Assembly (NCBI GenBank): GCA_028279595.1
Contig: JANQNK010000016.1
Location: 1-60,585 of the forward strand
From: Thermoplasmatota archaeon
Lineage (GTDB): Archaea > Thermoplasmatota > JAKEGO01
Direction: 5' to 3'
DNA: 60,585 nucleotides
Made by a program: the position numbers and the translations under genes. Within the stretch, counting starts at the first letter, position 1; each line of letters starts with the position of its first letter. Of the stretch, positions 18,836 to 27,205 are shown one piece after another. Below the pieces are notes generated by a model. That model worked only from the letters and a program-made list of their open reading frames with translations, was not told where the DNA came from and made no database searches.

Positions 18836-18921
18836 CGCAGAGGGAGGGATTTGAACCCCCGTGGTGCTGGGCACCACCGGCTCTCAAGGCCGGCGCCTTG
18901 GCCGGGCTAGGCTACCTCTGC
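18836..18921 (-). tRNA. tRNA-Ser (anticodon UGA)
   Basis: Acceptor stem GCAGAGG/CCTCTGC, anticodon arm CCGGC-CTTGAGA-GCCGG, long variable arm, GGTTCAAATCC T-arm and discriminator G. No CCA is encoded. BRE/TATA AAAAGATTTTTAT lies upstream. Confidence 0.93.
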
Positions 18922-19222
18922 CCACCGGCTGAACCGTCCCTGGCGATAAAAATCTTTTGGAGTCCATTGGACGGAAAACACGGTCTGATGAGTTGACCAA
19001 TGGTAGAAGAAGCTGCAGATGCCTTCGCAGATGGGTGTCACCCCCATATCCCCCCGGAGGCGACACCGATACGTCAGTGAGGACAAGTCCTCGAGGCATC
19101 GTCCCATGTCTCAGACAACAGTGCCCAAGCCTCATGTGTTGGTCCTTACATAAGTTTTTTGATTGACACTTGCTAGCATGGAGCGGCGACTAACTCCTGG
19201 TCAGAGAGCTGCAATCCCTGTA

Positions 19223-19315
19223 TCAAACTGAGCCGATCATAATGGCGATCCCGAGGGTCATCAGGACCACTGACACTGCGAATGCGGCGACCTGCATCAT
19301 TCTCATGCTACTCAT
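19223..19315 (-). CDS. putative 30-aa single-TM microprotein MSSMRMMQVAAFAVSVVLMTLGIAIMIGSV
   Basis: Entirely hydrophobic ORF below the ORF-track cutoff, with CTTATAAA about 36 nt upstream. Confidence 0.45.
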   Translation of the reverse strand: MSSMRMMQVAAFAVSVVLMTLGIAIMIGSV

Positions 19316-19418
19316 CCCATCTTGGCTAGCATCTCGAATGGAAGTCAGGCTTTATAAGGTTAACTTCCGGTGGAAAATCAGGTCGAATCCTTTATATCCC
19401 ATCCTCCAATCCGGAACC

Positions 19419-20834
19419 ATGACGCGGCTGTACAACACACAGACGAGAGAGAAGGAGACGTTCGAACCCCATGGTGGCGAGGTCAAGTTCTACGTCTGTG
19501 GTCCCACGGTCTACAACTACATCCACATCGGAAACGGTCGGACATTCGTGATATTCGACATCTTTAGGCGCTATTTCGAGTGGCTCGGCCTTACTGTCAA
19601 GTATGTTCAGAACGTCACAGACATAGACGACAGGATCATCAAGCAGTCCATCGAGGAGGGTAAGCCCTTCGCCGAGGTCGCCGAGGTCTACGCCAGGGAA
19701 TACTTCGCCGACATGAAGGCTCTCGGCGTCCACAGGCCCACCGTCGAACCCCGCCCGTCCGAACACATTGAGGAGATAATCGAGTCCGTGCAGGCGTTGA
19801 TCGACAAGGGGCACGCCTACGAGGCAGGCGGAGACGTCTACTTCTCCGTCGCGAGCTCGGACGACTACGGAAAGCTGTCCGGCCATTCCATCGAGGACCT
19901 TCAGGCAGGAGCGAGGATAAAGCCCGGCGAACTGAAGCGCGAGCCGATGGACTTCGCACTCTGGAAGGCGTCCAAGGAGGGCGAGCCATGGTGGGACAGT
20001 CCGTGGGGTCACGGACGGCCCGGATGGCACATCGAATGTTCCGTCATGTCCCTCAAGTACCTCGGCCCGACGATCGACATCCACGCCGGGGGGAACGACC
20101 TCGTCTTCCCCCACCACGAGAACGAGATCCAGCAGGCAGAGAAGGTGACCGGCAACCCCTTCGTCCGCTTCTGGCTCCACAACGGATTCCTGACAATGGA
20201 CAAGGAGAAGATGTCCAAGTCCCTTGGGAACGTGACCACTGTAAAGGACCTTCTCGACCGCTATCACCCGATGGTCCTCAGGTTCTACCTCATGAACACC
20301 CACTACCGGAAACCGCTCGGCTTCAGTGAGGATGCCCTCGACGAGGCCGTCGAGGCGTATCTCAGGATATTCAACACGTATCATCAGGCCGTCAGAGCCG
20401 TCGAGTTGATCGATGCTGGCAAGTGGCCGTTCGATGGTGACACCGACATGAACGAAGCTATCGAGACAATGCGAGCGTCGTTCAAGGAGGCCATGGACGA
20501 CGACTTCAACACCAGGGAGGCGGTCGCCGCCGTCTTCGAGTTCACCCGTGAACTCAACGCTAGCATGGAGTCACTCTCCCGGGAGGCTCTCAAGGCAACG
20601 ATCGCGGCCTACGACGATCTCGACAGCGTCCTTGGGATCGTCGCCGAGATACCGTACGATACGGAGATGGTATCCACCAAGGCCTCGGAGCGCGAGGAAG
20701 CCCGGGCCAACAAGGATTGGGCAATGGCCGATTCGATACGCGACGAGATGGACGCAAAAGGCATCTCCCTGCAGGACGCCCAGGGCTACACCAGGATCGA
20801 ATACACCGAACTCCCGGCGGTGGCGTCGAGATGA
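19419..20834 (+). CDS. cysS: cysteinyl-tRNA synthetase
   Basis: YVCGPTVY, HIGN, GRPGWHIECS, and KMSKS. Start MTRLYNT follows TTTATA at 19391. Confidence 0.97.
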   Translation: MTRLYNTQTREKETFEPHGGEVKFYVCGPTVYNYIHIGNGRTFVIFDIFRRYFEWLGLTVKYVQNVTDIDDRIIKQSIEEGKPFAEVAEVYAREYFADMKALGVHRPTVEPRPSEHIEEIIESVQALIDKGHAYEAGGDVYFSVASSDDYGKLSGHSIEDLQAGARIKPGELKREPMDFALWKASKEGEPWWDSPWGHGRPGWHIECSVMSLKYLGPTIDIHAGGNDLVFPHHENEIQQAEKVTGNPFVRFWLHNGFLTMDKEKMSKSLGNVTTVKDLLDRYHPMVLRFYLMNTHYRKPLGFSEDALDEAVEAYLRIFNTYHQAVRAVELIDAGKWPFDGDTDMNEAIETMRASFKEAMDDDFNTREAVAAVFEFTRELNASMESLSREALKATIAAYDDLDSVLGIVAEIPYDTEMVSTKASEREEARANKDWAMADSIRDEMDAKGISLQDAQGYTRIEYTELPAVASR

Positions 20835-21565
20835 AGGTCAAGGCCATTGCCGTCGACGTCGACGGCACGCTCACCGACAAGAGCCGGCGCATCTGTACCA
20901 GCGCCATCGACGCGATCCGCGATGCCGAAGCGGCAGGTGTACCGGTGATGATAGCGAGCGGGAACGTCCTCCCGATATCATGGTCCCTTGCACGATTCGT
21001 CGGAGCGACCGGTCCCGTCGTCGCGGAGAACGGATGTCTCGTCCACTTCAAGGGCGTAGACCACAACGTCGCCGAGGGTGCTCCCGCGAAACATGCGTTC
21101 GAGGTCCTGAGCGAGCGTTGGAACATCAAACCGATCTTCACCGATCAATGGCGGAAGAACGAGGTGGTCTTCGAGAACACACCGTATCTCGAAGAGATCG
21201 TCGAGGCTCTAGATACCGACCCCGAACTGTCAAAGCTCGGAGTCCGCATCTGGGATTCCAGGTTCGGCGTCCACATAGTCCAGGAAGGCATCGACAAGGG
21301 GACAGGAGTCCGGCTCGGCGTCGAGTTGCTCGGATTGACCATGGACGACCTCATGGCGGTAGGAGACGCAGGCAACGACCTCACGATGATAAGGGACGCC
21401 GGCATCGGAGTCGCCGTCCAGAACGCCCGCCCCGAGATCAAGGAGGTCGCCGACCACGTGACCAAGCTCCAGTTCGGCGACGGTTTCGCGGAGGCGGTCA
21501 GGACATTCATCGCCGACTTCGAGTACGTCGAGGAGAGGGCGCCGTTCGGAAATGCATTGGATTGA
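20831..21565 (+). CDS. HAD-family phosphoglycolate phosphatase (TA0175-type)
   Basis: DVDGTLT, ASGN, AENG, DKG, and GDAGND. ATGA overlap with cysS. Confidence 0.9.
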   Translation: MKVKAIAVDVDGTLTDKSRRICTSAIDAIRDAEAAGVPVMIASGNVLPISWSLARFVGATGPVVAENGCLVHFKGVDHNVAEGAPAKHAFEVLSERWNIKPIFTDQWRKNEVVFENTPYLEEIVEALDTDPELSKLGVRIWDSRFGVHIVQEGIDKGTGVRLGVELLGLTMDDLMAVGDAGNDLTMIRDAGIGVAVQNARPEIKEVADHVTKLQFGDGFAEAVRTFIADFEYVEERAPFGNALD

Positions 21566-21693
21566 TCCCGACAGACCGTACGACTCGCTCGCCGGGGACT
21601 CTGTCTCCCGGCAACGCGCTTCAGGAATAGTGCCTAGAGACCCTGTCAAATCAGGACCAATGATTATATGAATCAAGAATCATCTTCTTTCCC

Positions 21694-22125
21694 ATGGACC
21701 TCGAGGACATCAAGGACAACTGGTTGAAGTACCTGCTCATAACCATAGTCATCATCATCCTCATCGTCGGCTTGATCATAGCGACGCTTCAGGAGCCGAA
21801 GGTGAAGTCTACGGTCATAGAATACAAGGGTGCCGGCCCCGGATACATCGACGTCAAGTTGACCATGAAGGTCGAGAACCCCAACATCATCGGCGGGATA
21901 CTCCGCGACCTCCAGGCCGACGTCTACAAGGGCAACTCCTACGTCGGTCCGGCATCTGCCGACGGCGATTACGACGTAGCGGCCATGGACACCAACACGG
22001 TCATCGTCACACTCCGCGTCTACAACCCGCAGAACACGGTCGCCCCCGGAAATTGGGGCGCCGTCGGGACCGCATCGATCGAGATATGGGGACAGACGTT
22101 CGACATAAACTTCGACACAAGGTGA
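21694..22125 (+). CDS. membrane-anchored LEA type 2/WHy-domain protein
   Basis: N-terminal TM helix followed by a V.NPN motif (KVENPN). Confidence 0.65.
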   Translation: MDLEDIKDNWLKYLLITIVIIILIVGLIIATLQEPKVKSTVIEYKGAGPGYIDVKLTMKVENPNIIGGILRDLQADVYKGNSYVGPASADGDYDVAAMDTNTVIVTLRVYNPQNTVAPGNWGAVGTASIEIWGQTFDINFDTR

Positions 22126-22231
22126 TAACCTGGTCAAGGGACCGTCCAGGAAGAAGAGGGTACACGGCGTATTCAGCCTGCTGACTCCACGTCAGATATG
22201 GATACCATTCTTTTTCATCCTATCAATTACG

Positions 22232-22819
22232 TTGATCGGTATACATCTCGCCCTTTCCGGTCACAGAATGTATGGATGGTTCATGCTGCTCACTCCAATT
22301 GGATTCATCCTCCCCTTCCTCTTCTACCCTATCCATTGTTGGGTCTTCAGCGTGAACAAGAGAAGTAGTACGTTCGACAAAGTGGGTCTATGGATATGGG
22401 AAATCATCGTCATCTCCTCGATTGTTATGTTTATGCTCCTGTTTGGTTTTTCAGATCCGGGTCCGGATGGAGAGATGACGCCTGAGACCCACATCGACGT
22501 GATATGGAACGAGCAAAATCAAAGGTACCATCTGGATGTGCGTCTCTCCCCGAACGTGTCCTACGAAAAGATAACCTTGTACATATTGACCCCCTCATTC
22601 ATTTCTATATACGACGACCCGATGGAGAACGGTCTAGGAAATGAAAATATGACCTACGTGGTCCTCGATAACGACAACAACGGGATGCTTTCGATAGGTG
22701 ATCGCCTTCAGATCTACCAAAATTCGACAATAGGTGATATTGAAGAGGATTTCATGGTTCGCTTGATCTACGAACCGACCGGCGATTACATTGCACATGT
22801 GAGGCTCGTCAAGGGTTGA
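22232..22819 (+). CDS. hypothetical membrane protein with extracellular domain
   Basis: TM segments and a DNDNNGMLSIGD loop. The frame is open back to a CTG at 22130 preceded by AGGTGA. GC is lower than in neighbouring genes. Confidence 0.6.
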   Translation: MIGIHLALSGHRMYGWFMLLTPIGFILPFLFYPIHCWVFSVNKRSSTFDKVGLWIWEIIVISSIVMFMLLFGFSDPGPDGEMTPETHIDVIWNEQNQRYHLDVRLSPNVSYEKITLYILTPSFISIYDDPMENGLGNENMTYVVLDNDNNGMLSIGDRLQIYQNSTIGDIEEDFMVRLIYEPTGDYIAHVRLVKG

Positions 22820-22880
22820 GCATCACTTTCGCCCTCCCAAGGAAAATGGTTAAGAGCCCGAGCCCCATCGGGGTAATCCC

Positions 22881-24992
22881 ATGGGGGTGAAGTACGAGGT
22901 CCTATTGAGGAAGTGGAACGACTTCTTCAGGACGAGGGGGTATACGACTCGTATTGCTGACATCACTGACAGTTACCCCGAGGTCCAGTCGCTGGAGGTC
23001 TCCTATCCCGAGATATCCATCTACGACGAGGAGCTCGCGATGGAACTACTGGAACAGCCGCTCCGTACCATCCCCGCTGGGGAGCAGGCTCTCTTGACCT
23101 TTGCGCCGCAGGACGCCATCGACCACTTCAAGGAGATCGGGGTGAAGCTCGAGATCGGACTGCGGATAAAGGAACTTCCGCCATTGTTGTCTCGGGTCGA
23201 GGTCCGCAATCTGCGGCTTCATCATCTCAACCGTTTCATAGCGATAAAAGGTCTCGTCAAGAACGTGGTCCAGGTCAAGCCGAGGCTCTACATCGGCGCC
23301 TTCAAGTGCCTGCGGTGCGGGCACGAGACCTTCGAGGAACAGGGGCGGATGGAATACCGGGAGCCGAGCCAGTGCGGCTCTTGCGGCAAGACAGCGGGAA
23401 CGACCAAGTTCCGTCTGATCCCGGAGGACTCGACCTTCATCGATACCCAGAGGGTCGAGATACAGGAATCCCCCGAGGAACTTCGAGGTGGAGAGCAGCC
23501 GCAGCGTCTTACCGGATATCTCGAGAAGGAGATAACGGGGCAGATCTTCCCGGGCAACAAGGTGATCCTCAACGGGACGATGATGGCGACACCTCCAAGG
23601 AACCAGCGTGCCCATCCGACGACATTCAACATATACCTCGAGGTCAACAGCGTCGAGCTCGAGGAGAAGGACTTCGAGGACGTCGAGATCACGGAGGAGG
23701 AGGAGGCCCAGATCAGGCAGCTGAGCCAGGACAAGGAACTGGACGAGAAGATGATCCATTCCATCGCTCCGACCATCTACGGACTCGAGGACGAGAAGGA
23801 GGTACTCGTCCTTCAGCTCTTCGGAGGCGTGCCGAAGGTCGCTCCCGACAGCACGCGCATCCGCGGAGACCTTCACGTGCTCCTCGTCGGGGACCCCGGA
23901 ACCGCCAAGTCACAGATCCTTCTCTACCAATCGCGCCTGTCGCCCCGCGGTGTCTACGCATCGGGACAGGCGGCCACGAAAGCCGGACTCACTGCTGCCG
24001 CAGTGCCCGACGAACAGGGCGACGGAAGATGGAAGCTCGAGGCCGGCGCGCTCGTCCTCGCAGACAAGGGGATGGCATGCATCGACGAGATCGACAAGAT
24101 GGGCTCGGAGGACAGGTCCAGCATGCACGAGGCCATGGCCCAGCAGACCATCAGCGTCGCCAAGGCCGGGATAACCGCGAGCCTGCAGGCACGCGCATCA
24201 ATTCTCGCGGCCGCCAATCCGAAACACGGCAGGTTCGACCAGTTCAAGACTATGGTCGAGCAGATCGACCTTCCGGTCCCTCTCATCACACGTTTCGATG
24301 TCATCTTCCCGCTGCAGGACAAGCCCGACCCGGAGAAGGACGCCGCCCTGGCGCGGCACATCCTCAAGGCGACGAGGATAGCCGAGATCATTGCTCAACA
24401 GGAGCATGCGGGGAACGTTGACGAGATCGCCGGATACGGGGACATACAGCCCCCCATCGACAACGAGTTCATGAGGAAGTACGTCTCATACGCGAGGAAG
24501 AACGTCTTCCCGACCCTTACGGACGATGCCCTCGACCGCTTCGAGGCCTTCTTCGTCGAGATGCGGAGCCAGTACTCGGCAGGAGATTCGGTCGCGATCA
24601 CGGCTCGACAGCTCGAATCCCTGGTTCGAATCGCGGAGGCATCGGCACGTGTTCGTCTGGCCAACACTGTCGAGCTCTCGGACGCAGAGCGGGCGATCAG
24701 GATCCTCAAGAATTATCTCAAGCGTGTCGCGACCTCCGAGGACGGCACGATCGACATCGACATCGTCTCGACGGGAATACCGCGGTCGCGTGTCGCCAAG
24801 CAGAGCAAGATATACTCGATAATTCAGGACGCCGGTCCCGACGGGATCACCTGGGATGATCTGGTCATCGCCGCAAGCGATCAGGACATAGACAAGATCG
24901 AGCTCGAGATGCTCCTCAACAACATCAGGGAGGAGGGCAACGTCTACGAGCCCCAGAGGGGCGTCTACAGGACAACGCGGGGAGGCATCTGA
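22881..24992 (+). CDS. mcm: MCM replicative helicase
   Basis: Zn finger CLRC/CGSC, Walker A GDPGTAKS, Walker B IDEIDKM, AAANP, R-finger TRFD, and C-terminal wHTH. Confidence 0.97.
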   Translation: MGVKYEVLLRKWNDFFRTRGYTTRIADITDSYPEVQSLEVSYPEISIYDEELAMELLEQPLRTIPAGEQALLTFAPQDAIDHFKEIGVKLEIGLRIKELPPLLSRVEVRNLRLHHLNRFIAIKGLVKNVVQVKPRLYIGAFKCLRCGHETFEEQGRMEYREPSQCGSCGKTAGTTKFRLIPEDSTFIDTQRVEIQESPEELRGGEQPQRLTGYLEKEITGQIFPGNKVILNGTMMATPPRNQRAHPTTFNIYLEVNSVELEEKDFEDVEITEEEEAQIRQLSQDKELDEKMIHSIAPTIYGLEDEKEVLVLQLFGGVPKVAPDSTRIRGDLHVLLVGDPGTAKSQILLYQSRLSPRGVYASGQAATKAGLTAAAVPDEQGDGRWKLEAGALVLADKGMACIDEIDKMGSEDRSSMHEAMAQQTISVAKAGITASLQARASILAAANPKHGRFDQFKTMVEQIDLPVPLITRFDVIFPLQDKPDPEKDAALARHILKATRIAEIIAQQEHAGNVDEIAGYGDIQPPIDNEFMRKYVSYARKNVFPTLTDDALDRFEAFFVEMRSQYSAGDSVAITARQLESLVRIAEASARVRLANTVELSDAERAIRILKNYLKRVATSEDGTIDIDIVSTGIPRSRVAKQSKIYSIIQDAGPDGITWDDLVIAASDQDIDKIELEMLLNNIREEGNVYEPQRGVYRTTRGGI

Positions 24993-24993
24993 G

Positions 24994-25284
24994 ATGCTAC
25001 GTGTCAAGGTGTACAACGTTCAGATGGAGACGGTGGTTGCGGTCTGTGACGACGAGCTCTACGGAAGGACCCTCAGGGAGGGCAAGATGAAGCTCGACGT
25101 CAACGAGTTCTACGACGGCGACAGGGTCGAGGAGGATAATCTTCCGAAGTTCCTGGAGTGCGCCACCAACCTCAACCTCGTCGGAGAGCGCTGTGTCGAC
25201 ATCGCCGTCGAGTGCGGATGCGTCGACAGGAGCGGGGTCATCTCGATCGACGGCACACCTCACGCTATGGTGTTCTATATCTGA
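24994..25284 (+). CDS. DUF424-family protein
   Basis: VVAVCDDEL.G...FY.G...NLVGERCV...IDGTPHA. Confidence 0.85.
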   Translation: MLRVKVYNVQMETVVAVCDDELYGRTLREGKMKLDVNEFYDGDRVEEDNLPKFLECATNLNLVGERCVDIAVECGCVDRSGVISIDGTPHAMVFYI

Positions 25285-25298
25285 GCCTTGGATCGGAA

Positions 25299-26492
25299 TC
25301 AATCCTTCTTCCCCAGGCTGAGCTTCTTCCTGATGCTCTTCAATGCATCGCCCAGATAGGTCTTCGCCACCTCTCCGACGATGTCAGGGGCCGTCTTCAC
25401 CAACGGTCCGGACAGCCTGGACGGATGGTCGATGTCGCCGTGCTTGGAGATCACCGCGCTGACCTCGTCCCTCGCGAAGATCCTGAACAGCCTGTCGATG
25501 TTGGCGTTGTCCATGCTGATGAAGGCCTCCCGCGCCTTCATGCCGAAGGACAGTTCGCCGTGGAACCGCTTCTTCCAGGCACGGTCGTACTCCCGGAGGA
25601 CGGTGTCGCCCGAAAGGACGCCTTCGATCGATCCCACAGCGATGTCGGCCGCCGTAAGAGCGGGATAGAGCCCGCCTCCGGAGACCGGCTTCACCTGGGC
25701 GGCCGCGTCTCCCACTATCAGTGTGTTCCCTGAGCTTATCCTCGAGAGCGGACCGATGGGTATCGTCCCGCTGACTATGGAGGTCGTAGCCTCAGACCCG
25801 AGGTAGCTGACGTCCCTGAACTTCTTGACTGTGAGTGCTATGCTGTCGCCTGCTGCGATCGAACCTGGGACCACTGCGGAGCCTATCCTCGCACCCTCCC
25901 CATGGGGTATCGCCCACCCGAAGAAACCGGGAGCGATGTCCTGGTCGACGATGATCGAGACCCTGTCCAGCGGACCCTTCCAATCGGGCATGTCGTACTG
26001 AACGCTCGGAAAGAGGTACTTCGGTCCGGGGACATCCATGGAACGCCTCACCATTGATGAGGCGCCGTCCGCGCCCACGATGATCGATGCCGAAACTGTC
26101 CTATCCCCAACGGTGACCGAGCCCTTGTCAATGGACATAACAGAGGAATGGAGTTCGAGCTCGGCACCCGCCTTGAGCGCCCGCTCGCCCATGTGTCGAT
26201 CGAAGGCCCGCCTGTCTATGACCATGCCCCTTGCGTCGTCGGCCTGGAACGTGAAACTGATGTCGGGACCAAAGACGTCCGCACCGACCATCTCTGCAAG
26301 GACGACCCGCCCGGGCGGATTGACCATACGGACGGTCCTGGGGCTGACGAGGCCTGCGCACTGGACGGGAGAACCGATAGAGGGGTGCTCCTCGATGATG
26401 AGCGTACTGAAGCCCTTCCTGGCGGTGCCCTCGGCCAGTCGGCATCCCGCGGGCCCGCCGCCCACGATAACGACGTCATAGCTGTCGGTCAT
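25299..26492 (-). CDS. geranylgeranyl reductase-family flavoprotein
   Basis: GGGPAG, PVQCAG, IDRRAFD, GADG, PGFFGWAIP, and GDAAAQVKP.SGGG. Confidence 0.9.
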   Translation of the reverse strand: MTDSYDVVIVGGGPAGCRLAEGTARKGFSTLIIEEHPSIGSPVQCAGLVSPRTVRMVNPPGRVVLAEMVGADVFGPDISFTFQADDARGMVIDRRAFDRHMGERALKAGAELELHSSVMSIDKGSVTVGDRTVSASIIVGADGASSMVRRSMDVPGPKYLFPSVQYDMPDWKGPLDRVSIIVDQDIAPGFFGWAIPHGEGARIGSAVVPGSIAAGDSIALTVKKFRDVSYLGSEATTSIVSGTIPIGPLSRISSGNTLIVGDAAAQVKPVSGGGLYPALTAADIAVGSIEGVLSGDTVLREYDRAWKKRFHGELSFGMKAREAFISMDNANIDRLFRIFARDEVSAVISKHGDIDHPSRLSGPLVKTAPDIVGEVAKTYLGDALKSIRKKLSLGKKD

Positions 26493-26530
26493 CGGCCATC
26501 AATCGAACTGGGAGATAATATCATTTCCGG

Positions 26531-27199
26531 TCAGGTGAACCTGCATTCGCCCTCTGTGACCGGTTCCACACCCGACTCGGTCTCGACGAGGAGAGCGCCG
26601 TCGTCCCGTATCCCGACGGCAGTGCCGCTGATTACACCGGTCAATGTGGTCACGGACACCCGCTTGCCCTCAGTGATCGACGCGGACCGCCATTTCTCCA
26701 TGACGTCGCCTGCAGGCGGGACATCCTGAACGATCTCGATCATCCGCCTTGCGATCCCCTCGACGTCCGAGACCTTGCCTGTCCGTTCTATCAGGGACGT
26801 CGCCGGGAACGGCCTGTCCTCGACGTGGTTGTTGACGTTGATCCCGATCCCGACGATGACCCGGTCGCCCTTGTGCTCGGACAGGATGCCGGCTATCTTC
26901 ATGTCATCGACGAGGATGTCGTTCGGCCACCTGACCGAGACCTCGACTCCGAGATCGGACAGGGCCCTCTTGACTACGACCGCGGCCCAGAACTGATACA
27001 GCGTCGGCGGGTCCGTCGGGGGGAGGACGCACGACAGGTACAGGCCGCCTGGTTGCGAGTCCCACAGATGGTCGAGCCTTCCCCGGCCCTCGAGCTGTTC
27101 CCTGGCAAGCAATGCCGACCAGACGTCCATGTCGGCCGCCTCGGAATTGGTCGAACCTACCGATCCTACAACCCTTAGATCCATCCTTCCGATCCTCAT
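26531..27199 (-). CDS. birA: biotin-protein ligase (no HTH)
   Basis: STN, Q..GRGR, WPND, KIAGIL, and GIGINV. Confidence 0.92.
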   Translation of the reverse strand: MRIGRMDLRVVGSVGSTNSEAADMDVWSALLAREQLEGRGRLDHLWDSQPGGLYLSCVLPPTDPPTLYQFWAAVVVKRALSDLGVEVSVRWPNDILVDDMKIAGILSEHKGDRVIVGIGINVNNHVEDRPFPATSLIERTGKVSDVEGIARRMIEIVQDVPPAGDVMEKWRSASITEGKRVSVTTLTGVISGTAVGIRDDGALLVETESGVEPVTEGECRFT

Positions 27200-27205
27200 T
27201 GTCGA

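Noticed and set aside
18836-18921. tRNA-Leu or tRNA-Sec assignment, and use of the tRNA as an integration site
   Set aside because: The 7-nt loop CTTGAGA gives anticodon UGA (Ser) with discriminator G. I saw no duplicated 3' end and no integrase.
18985-19015. Hammerhead ribozyme core CTGATGAG
   Set aside because: There is no properly placed GAAA after a stem II and no flanking stems.
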